DNA from: a virus
Length of the DNA: 5,707 bases
IMG/VR virus record: IMGVR_UViG_3300017613_001618
Span: 1-5,707 of that record
Direction: 5' to 3' (one strand)
The translations under genes and the position numbers were made by a program. Below, one piece after another: positions 1 to 4,868 of this stretch. The notes beneath the pieces were generated by a model. It was not told where the DNA came from. It saw only the letters and a program-made list of their open reading frames with translations, and did no database searches. The number at the start of each line of letters is the position of its first letter. The first letter of the stretch is position 1.

Positions 1-121
1 ACAGCAATTCACAAAGGCGTTAAGGCAAAAAATATACAGAGACAATGTTACAGTTAAGGAAAACAGGGAAAGGTGGCTCAAGGAAGGAGTCACAGGAAAA
101 TGGTCACCAAAATACCGTTAC
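1..121. repeat. Terminal direct repeat, copy 1 (identical to 5587-5707); signature of a circular genome assembled past its start
   Basis: By direct comparison, bases 1-121 (acagcaattcacaaaggcg...aaaataccgttac) equal bases 5587-5707. The reading frame of the Rep gene is continuous across the junction. Confidence 0.95.
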
Positions 122-736
122 TTCACAGTCGGAGAGTACGGTGGTCAAGGAGATCGCCCTCATTACCATATTGTTATGTATAATATTCCTAATGATTACA
201 TTGATACCAACAATTTAACAGGTAAACTATTCTCAGAGACATTAGAAAAAATATGGAACAAAGGCATCATAGATATAGACGAGGTAGCAAGGGGTTCGGC
301 ACACTACATGACAAAACATCACTTATTTCCTTATACGGAAATATGGTTAGAGGACACAGACCGTCAAAAGCCATTCGCAATAATGTCAAAAAAACCCGGA
401 TTAGGCTTAAACTGGATAGATGACAAAATTACTAATTATATTAAAAATTCTAAAAATAGCTATGCAACTCTTAAGGATGGCTCTAAAATCCCAATCGGTA
501 GATACCTCAAAGAAAAGGTCAGAGAAAACCTCAATCAAGAAGAGATATTCAATATCAAAGAGCAATCTCAAAAATATATTGCACAGCAAGAGAAAACAGA
601 ATGGGAATTCTTCGTTAGAGAAGCTCAGGGAGATATCTGGGAGGCTCACAAAAATCTCGGAATTGCACAAGCAGAATTCACTAGAGCAAATCGCAAAAAA
701 GCTATAAGACAACTTAAAAGAAACAACAAATTATGA
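2..736 (+). CDS. VP4: Replication initiator protein (VP4/gpA-like), C-terminal part; same gene as 5339..5707 (total 327 aa on the 5586-nt circle)
   Basis: The frame is open from base 2 (frame 2, continuous with 5339..5707 after subtracting 5586). HUH motif II, PHYHIVMYN, has H-Y-H at 161-169. Motif III, SAHYMTKHH, has the candidate catalytic Tyr at 305-307. The stop is TGA 734-736, overlapping the VP1 start (ATGA). The track ORF 176..736 is only the portion after an internal Met. Confidence 0.9.
   Translation, partial: QQFTKALRQKIYRDNVTVKENRERWLKEGVTGKWSPKYRYFTVGEYGGQGDRPHYHIVMYNIPNDYIDTNNLTGKLFSETLEKIWNKGIIDIDEVARGSAHYMTKHHLFPYTEIWLEDTDRQKPFAIMSKKPGLGLNWIDDKITNYIKNSKNSYATLKDGSKIPIGRYLKEKVRENLNQEEIFNIKEQSQKYIAQQEKTEWEFFVREAQGDIWEAHKNLGIAQAEFTRANRKKAIRQLKRNNKL
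420..707 (+). CDS. Candidate overprinted ORF (95 aa) embedded in the Rep C-terminal region in an alternative frame; hypothetical
   Basis: This is an uninterrupted 95-codon ORF on the coding strand inside Rep. It has a hydrophobic/amphipathic N-terminus (MTKLLIILKILKIAMQLLRMAL) followed by a Lys/Ser-rich basic tail. Microviruses are known for nested genes, but A-rich sequence can also give Lys-rich open frames by chance. I saw no RBS. Confidence 0.2.
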   Translation: MTKLLIILKILKIAMQLLRMALKSQSVDTSKKRSEKTSIKKRYSISKSNLKNILHSKRKQNGNSSLEKLREISGRLTKISELHKQNSLEQIAKKL

Positions 737-2394
737 AAAATGTAATGTTCAGAGAATCACCAGTACCTAGTCCAGGAAAAGGTGCGTTCGATTTATCAAA
801 CGAGGTAGACTTCACAGCACGTATAGGACAATTATTACCAGTTATGTGGCATGAGGTAGTACCGGGAGACAGCTTTCAATTAAGGCACAATATGATTATA
901 AAGTTAGCTCCAATGTTAGCTCCAGTATTTCATAGGTTAAATGCTTATGTACATGATTATTTCGTACCATATAGGTTATTAATGAATCCAATAGGTACAT
1001 CATATGCAGGATGGGAGGATTATATAACAGGAGATGTAGATTCGTTTTATGCAAACGAGGAATTACCATATGTTACAATTAACGATACAAATAAACAGTA
1101 TTTCGATGATATATCGTTATCAGCATATTTAGGACTCCCAATTATAGATTCCGGAACAACAGTATCACAAGATGTAGATATTAATGTATTACCGTTCTTC
1201 GCATATCATCTAATATACAATGAATATTACAGAGACGAAAATTTATGCGGAGCAGTATGTAATAAGCATGCAGGAGGTTCAACAGGAATAGATTTAGTAG
1301 GTGGAGACCATAATGTGGGTATATCGGCAATATGTTTAGAGAGTCCATATCATAGAGCTTATGAAAAGGATTATCTCAGAGGAGCCTTACCAACAGCTTA
1401 CACAGGAGCAGCTTCAGATGTAGAGTTAGATTTGGATGCACCGGATACATTTTATACAAAAGGTCAAGCCACAGGAGCACTTGTAACTGGAGCACCTACA
1501 GCAATGGATATAGACGCTAGTGGTAGAATAGAAATATCTGGAGGAAGTCGTGTTACACTTGATGGCAGTAGTGCAACAAGATTGCCGAGTTCATTAGCAA
1601 CAATAGAAGCAATGGAGTTACGTAGAATGATGGCAGTTACAAGATGGTTAGAAGCAGAGAGAAGAGGAGGAACAAGATATATAGAAATGTTATTAGGAGT
1701 ATGGGGTGTAATAGGAGATAATGCAGAGCTTCAAATTCCACAATACATAGGTGGAGGAAAACAGCCAGTACAGATATCATCAGTATTAAACCAATCTCAG
1801 GTATTAGATCCAACAGCAGGTGTAAACGATGGAGTAGGAGGAGCAGTAGTATCAGTTGATCCACAATCATTAGAAACAGGTAGAGCAATAGCATCAGGAT
1901 CATCAAAACAATCAAGGTTCTATGCAAAAGAACATGGTATTATTATGTCTATATTATCAGTATTACCACGTACAAAGTATGGAGGAGCACAGTTAGAAAG
2001 GTTCTGGCGTAAAGCAGACAGAGAAGATTTCTTCGTACCACAGTTACAAAATATAGGAGATCAATCAATATTACAATCAGAGGCCGGTTATGATGCTACA
2101 GGTACAGATATGGACGATGTATTCGGGTACGCACCAAGATGGTCAGAGTATAAATTCAAAAATTCATATGTAGCAGGATATTTTACAAACTCATTAGATT
2201 ACTGGCATATGGCCACAATAGGAGATACAGCTGGAGCAGGCCCATTATTAAATCAATCATTCATAGAGTGCAACGATCAGGACGACGAAATAACAAGAAT
2301 ATTCGCAAATGAAGTAGGAGAGCAAATATATTGCTTCATTCACAATGACGTAAGAGCAATTAGACCAATGTTCGTACACGATATACCAAAATAA
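733..2394 (+). CDS. VP1: Major capsid protein (Microviridae VP1/gpF family), 553 aa
   Basis: Family-typical blocks recalled from gokushovirus VP1 are present. They include FDLSNE...GQLLPVMWHEVVPGDSF near the N-terminus and LPFFAYHLIYNEYYRDENL. Also present are IEAMELRRMMAVTRWLEAERRGGTRYIEMLLGVWGV...LQIPQYIGGG, EHGIIMSILSVLPRTKY and YAPRWSEYKF. The start overlaps the Rep stop (ATGA at 733-736). Confidence 0.93.
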   Translation: MKNVMFRESPVPSPGKGAFDLSNEVDFTARIGQLLPVMWHEVVPGDSFQLRHNMIIKLAPMLAPVFHRLNAYVHDYFVPYRLLMNPIGTSYAGWEDYITGDVDSFYANEELPYVTINDTNKQYFDDISLSAYLGLPIIDSGTTVSQDVDINVLPFFAYHLIYNEYYRDENLCGAVCNKHAGGSTGIDLVGGDHNVGISAICLESPYHRAYEKDYLRGALPTAYTGAASDVELDLDAPDTFYTKGQATGALVTGAPTAMDIDASGRIEISGGSRVTLDGSSATRLPSSLATIEAMELRRMMAVTRWLEAERRGGTRYIEMLLGVWGVIGDNAELQIPQYIGGGKQPVQISSVLNQSQVLDPTAGVNDGVGGAVVSVDPQSLETGRAIASGSSKQSRFYAKEHGIIMSILSVLPRTKYGGAQLERFWRKADREDFFVPQLQNIGDQSILQSEAGYDATGTDMDDVFGYAPRWSEYKFKNSYVAGYFTNSLDYWHMATIGDTAGAGPLLNQSFIECNDQDDEITRIFANEVGEQIYCFIHNDVRAIRPMFVHDIPK

Positions 2395-2400
2395 AAAACC

Positions 2401-2595
2401 ATGATAGTATACAGAAATCATCAAAATTACCCAACAGATAGGCTAAAGGTCAATCATGTAGAGACACGTAAAAATCCAGAGAAATATGGATATACAGAGG
2501 ATTCAGTAAAAATTCAGACTATACCGGGACAATCTCAATCAGTTAAAGAAATACTAGAAAGAAATAAAAAGGGACGACCAATCATTCAAGAGTAA
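2401..2595 (+). CDS. Hypothetical 64-aa protein; possibly the N-terminal portion of a scaffold (VP3-like) protein
   Basis: The ORF starts 6 nt after the VP1 stop and has core-like A-rich composition. The segment TIPGQSQSVKEILERNKKGRPI resembles, from memory only, a conserved motif near the N-terminus of internal scaffolding proteins of non-phiX microviruses. The ORF ends exactly where the composition changes. Confidence 0.5.
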   Translation: MIVYRNHQNYPTDRLKVNHVETRKNPEKYGYTEDSVKIQTIPGQSQSVKEILERNKKGRPIIQE

Positions 2596-2727
2596 ATGAG
2601 AAGCCTAGGAGATGCATTGTTATGGCAATGTAGTGCATATGGCATGAGTAAGAGACAAGAAAGATTAGTTAGATTTTACGTTAAAGGAAGGAGCGTAGGA
2701 AATAAAAAGCGACATGAAACACAATAG
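2596..2727 (+). CDS. Possible 43-aa ORF, or a relic of a helix-turn-helix gene
   Basis: My own translation is MRSLGDALLWQCSAYGMSKRQERLVRFYVKGRSVGNKKRHETQ*. The ATG abuts the preceding TAA (TAAATG, 2593-2598). MSKRQERLVRFYVKGRS loosely resembles the first half of LuxR/sigma-region-4 type HTH domains, or the N-termini of small terminase subunits, but the recognition helix is missing. It may be non-coding. Confidence 0.2.
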   Translation: MRSLGDALLWQCSAYGMSKRQERLVRFYVKGRSVGNKKRHETQ

Positions 2728-2887
2728 ATGCAGCACATGCGGCTTTGCCGCAGGACACTTCAGAGAGGACCTATTCACAGGATTAATGTTATGTGATGAG
2801 TGCTGGATAAGAAAAAAACATTCTTTCTTTCCAAAACGCAGTCGCATAGCAACATCCAACACTTCTAGTTCGGAACGGCATGGTTAG
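2714..2887 (+). CDS. Small zinc-ribbon protein (57 aa), hypothetical
   Basis: My own translation is MKHNRCSTCGFAAGHFREDLFTGLMLCDECWIRKKHSFFPKRSRIATSNTSSSERHG*. It is below the cutoff of the ORF track. It has two CxxC pairs (C6/C9 and C27/C30) 17 residues apart, followed by a basic tail. It ends 37 nt before the hairpin at 2925-2946. No well-spaced SD is present: AAGGAGC lies about 20 nt upstream. Confidence 0.5.
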   Translation: MKHNRCSTCGFAAGHFREDLFTGLMLCDECWIRKKHSFFPKRSRIATSNTSSSERHG

Positions 2888-2920
2888 GACAGGCCCTGGC
2901 CTCAGTAGCAGGACGATCAT

Positions 2921-2946
2921 AAAAAAAGGCCCCTCACGGGGCCTTT
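2921..2946 (-). terminator. Intrinsic (rho-independent) terminator, strongest in the - orientation; may act bidirectionally between convergent units
   Basis: The stem is AAAGGCCCC (2925-2933) paired with GGGGCCTTT (2938-2946), with loop TCAC. Read on the - strand, the GC stem is followed by seven T (complement of A 2921-2927). It begins 5 nt after the stop of the - strand ORF 2952..3134. On the + strand only TTTAT follows. Confidence 0.8.
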
Positions 2947-2951
2947 ATCAT

Positions 2952-3134
2952 TCAGAAGGGCATATTCAGTTCAAAGTCATCCACAACGCCAGAGCTATAG
3001 TGGATAGAGACGCGAGTAACAGCAGCACGTCTTTCACAGTTATGTGGAACAGCCAAATTCGCGATCTCTTCCTCACATCGCTGCGTACGTCGTAGGAGTT
3101 CTTCCCACTCCCAATGTTCAACTTTCTTCCGCAT
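2952..3134 (-). CDS. Hypothetical 60-aa protein, second gene of the antisense operon
   Basis: The ATG (3134-3132) lies 1 nt after the TGA of the upstream - strand ORF (TGAgATG). GGAGG (complement of 3141-3145) lies 6 nt upstream of the ATG. A terminator follows immediately. I recognise no family for the product MRKKVEHWEWEELLRRTQRCEEEIANLAVPHNCERRAAVTRVSIHYSSGVVDDFELNMPF. Confidence 0.55.
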   Translation of the reverse strand: MRKKVEHWEWEELLRRTQRCEEEIANLAVPHNCERRAAVTRVSIHYSSGVVDDFELNMPF

Positions 3135-3135
3135 C

Positions 3136-3495
3136 TCATCCCTCCGGAATTATATTACGGTCATCATCAAGAGTAAAGCGGCCATAATCAGAACAAGGAA
3201 ATTCAGGCAAAATGGCCAATATATCATCTTCAACTTCACCAGAGGTAACACGCTTAAGCCCGTAATTCATAAAAGGGATGAGAGTACAGAGAGCATCTTC
3301 CTTATTAATATGGAACTCAAGCTTAATAAAGAGAGGAAGGTCATCAGCCGGATCAATGCTTTGACATAGATCATCAGCGGTACAACGTACAAGCTCCAGA
3401 TCAAATTCCAAGCCAAGATCCGGCACAGACCTCTCAAACTCATCATAAAGCTTACGTTCCTTACTAGACAGATTAATCAAATCAAATCTTTCCAT
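3136..3495 (-). CDS. Hypothetical strongly acidic 119-aa protein, first gene of the antisense operon
   Basis: This is the longest ORF in the island and the only long - strand ORF in the window that is not a Leu/Phe-rich antisense shadow. By hand count it has 28 Asp/Glu against 12 Lys/Arg. The amino-acid composition is balanced and protein-like. No SD is present, and the ATG sits very close to promoter-like hexamers. I recognise no family. Confidence 0.7.
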   Translation of the reverse strand: MERFDLINLSSKERKLYDEFERSVPDLGLEFDLELVRCTADDLCQSIDPADDLPLFIKLEFHINKEDALCTLIPFMNYGLKRVTSGEVEDDILAILPEFPCSDYGRFTLDDDRNIIPEG

Positions 3496-3609
3496 AATAC
3501 AGAAATTTAGTTAACGACAACATTGTCAAGCAGATAACAAGCCATTACTCGCCCAAGTCAAGGGTCGCTTTCGCGATTTATATACCCTTTACTTGGAAAA
3601 GAGACAGTA
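3496..3609. promoter_or_regulatory. Divergent intergenic control region between the antisense operon and + strand ORF 3610
   Basis: This 114-nt non-coding gap lies between divergent starts. On the - strand there are two -35-like hexamers, TTGACT (complement of 3556-3561) and TTGACA (complement of 3524-3529). A TAAATT/TAAATTTC element (complement of 3504-3509) lies only about 8 nt before the ATG. Spacings are not canonical for sigma70, so promoter assignment is tentative. Confidence 0.3.
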
Positions 3610-3954
3610 ATGGCTTATATTGCGGAAACAATGAGTCAAATCGCCCAAACATTAAAAGAAACTAACATGACAGAACGAGACGTACGCAAAAGCAAAAATC
3701 AAGAAGAGCAGATAGAAGTTCACTTCACAGACGCAGACTATTCAGACGACTTCAGAGCAGATCCGCTAACAACAATGGATGACATCAAAGAAGAGCGAGA
3801 CGCTATCAATTACAACAAGCAGCAAAGAGCCAATCAAGCGAGCGCGGAGGCAGAGGCCAAGGCCAAGGCCGAGCAAGAAGAGAAGGAAAAGGAGCTAGAG
3901 CGACTAAGAGAATTCGAAAGAAATAATACTCAAAAACCGTTAGGACAACAATAA
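3610..3954 (+). CDS. Hypothetical acidic 114-aa protein with a charged low-complexity/coiled-coil tail; possibly scaffold-related
   Basis: The ORF is on the core coding strand. It has an acidic block, HFTDADYSDDFRADPLTTMDDIKEERD, then ASAEAEAKAKAEQEEKEKELERLREFER (nt 3838-3921). Ala and Arg codons are more GC-rich than in the core genes. Confidence 0.6.
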   Translation: MAYIAETMSQIAQTLKETNMTERDVRKSKNQEEQIEVHFTDADYSDDFRADPLTTMDDIKEERDAINYNKQQRANQASAEAEAKAKAEQEEKEKELERLREFERNNTQKPLGQQ

Positions 3955-3970
3955 AAAAATAAAGGTCATC

Positions 3971-4015
3971 AGCACCATTCACTTGTCTTAATGGTGCTAA
4001 GTGACACTGTCACTT
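3971..4015. other. Two adjacent perfect stem-loops in the intergenic region upstream of VP2
   Basis: Hairpin 1 pairs AGCACCATT (3971-3979) with AATGGTGCT (3990-3998) around a 10-nt loop. Hairpin 2 pairs AAGTGAC (3999-4005) with GTCACTT (4009-4015) around a 3-nt loop and abuts hairpin 1 directly. No T-tract follows on the + strand, so this is not a canonical terminator. Confidence 0.6.
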
Positions 4016-4029
4016 AAAATCAAACAGTT

Positions 4030-4860
4030 ATGGCAATAGGACCAACACATCCACTAGCAAACGCAGCAAAAGGAGCAGCAGCAGGATCATTATTAGGACC
4101 AATCGGCACAGCAGTAGGAGCAGGAGCAAGTATATTAGGATCAGCCTTACAACGCTCATGGCAAAAAAAAATGTGGGATAGACAAAATAGATACAATGCC
4201 CCATCAGCACAAGTAGGACGTTATAGAGACGCAGGTATAAATCCAAATATGGTTATAGGCGGCGGCGGAACTTCAGCCGGTAACGCCGGACCAGTAGGAT
4301 CATATCAAAAAGGAGAAATAGGAGACATAGGAGCCTCCTTCACAAACCAAATGGCTCAATATCAAAACATTAGAAATCAAAAACAGCAGGTAGAGAACAT
4401 GAAATCAGATAAAAATCTGGTAGATAAAAAGGCAATAACAGAAACAGTAAGAGCATTATCAATAGGCGCACAGGCAAATTTATCAAAAGGTCAGTTAAAC
4501 AGGTTAAATAAATTACTCCCCGCAGAAGTATCAAAATACCAATCAGACGCAGAATATGCATCAGATCGTATAGGCTTATTAGAGATTCAAAAAAGGCTAA
4601 CAGAGGGTAAAGTCACAGGACAGACACTATCAAATACATTCCAAACTTTCAAGAACGAGTTATGGGAAGATAATAAAATGACTATGTCAGATGCAACATG
4701 GTTACGTATGTTCACAGGATTCCTAAAAGAAGCAGGAATAAGCGATAAATTACCACAGGTAAAACAATGGATAGAGGAACAAACAAATAAACTTCAAAAT
4801 CTAGGTCAGAACAGACCAGGAGTTAAAAATGGTAAAAATTGGCGAGATCGCCGTAATTAA
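4030..4860 (+). CDS. VP2: Minor capsid / DNA pilot protein (Microviridae VP2-like), 276 aa
   Basis: The N-terminus is Gly/Ala-rich (GAAAGSLLGPIGTAVGAGASILGSAL). It is followed by the block WDRQNRYNAPSAQVGRYRDAGINPNMVIGGG, which matches the YN-P--Q--R---AG-NP motif I recall from gokushovirus VP2 proteins. The C-terminal half is helical and Gln/Lys-rich. Its position after VP1 is typical. Confidence 0.85.
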   Translation: MAIGPTHPLANAAKGAAAGSLLGPIGTAVGAGASILGSALQRSWQKKMWDRQNRYNAPSAQVGRYRDAGINPNMVIGGGGTSAGNAGPVGSYQKGEIGDIGASFTNQMAQYQNIRNQKQQVENMKSDKNLVDKKAITETVRALSIGAQANLSKGQLNRLNKLLPAEVSKYQSDAEYASDRIGLLEIQKRLTEGKVTGQTLSNTFQTFKNELWEDNKMTMSDATWLRMFTGFLKEAGISDKLPQVKQWIEEQTNKLQNLGQNRPGVKNGKNWRDRRN

Positions 4861-4868
4861 AAAAAATC

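Noticed and set aside
1637-1927. 96-aa - strand ORF inside VP1 (also 407..712, 4028..4246, 4370..4561, 5101..5316 and 5316..5498 on the - strand)
   Set aside because: All are extremely Leu/Ile/Phe-rich, low-complexity translations lying antisense to well-supported A/G-rich core genes. This is the expected shadow of purine-rich codons, with no RBS, terminator or motif. The antisense ORFs at 2952..3495 differ in having balanced composition and their own signals.
2665-2862. 65-aa - strand ORF antisense to the zinc-ribbon ORF
   Set aside because: It lies downstream of the - strand terminator and has no RBS or motif. The opposite-strand ORF has a clean double-CxxC pattern. I cannot fully exclude it.
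2880-3095. 71-aa + strand ORF across the centre of the island
   Set aside because: It reads straight through the terminator hairpin at 2925-2946 and has no RBS. It is antisense to the 60-aa ORF, which has a GGAGG site and stop-start coupling to the upstream gene.
2588-3613. Short similar strings at both island edges (agagtaaatg at about 2590 and agacagtaatgg at about 3600) as possible target-site duplication
   Set aside because: The match is imperfect, only 6-7 nt long and dominated by stop-start context (TAA/ATG). This is indistinguishable from chance.
3855-3870. GGCCAA GGCCAA GGCC micro-tandem repeat
   Set aside because: It is only about 2.7 copies of a 6-mer and is explained by the AKAKA coding low-complexity segment of ORF 3610..3954. 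It is not a CRISPR or VNTR-scale repeat.
4163-4171. A9 homopolymer inside VP2 (WQKKMW) as a possible programmed slippage or phase-variation site
   Set aside because: It simply encodes Lys-Lys in an A-rich genome. The alternative frames close quickly and no downstream stimulatory structure was seen. It is worth remembering only as a likely sequencing-error hotspot.
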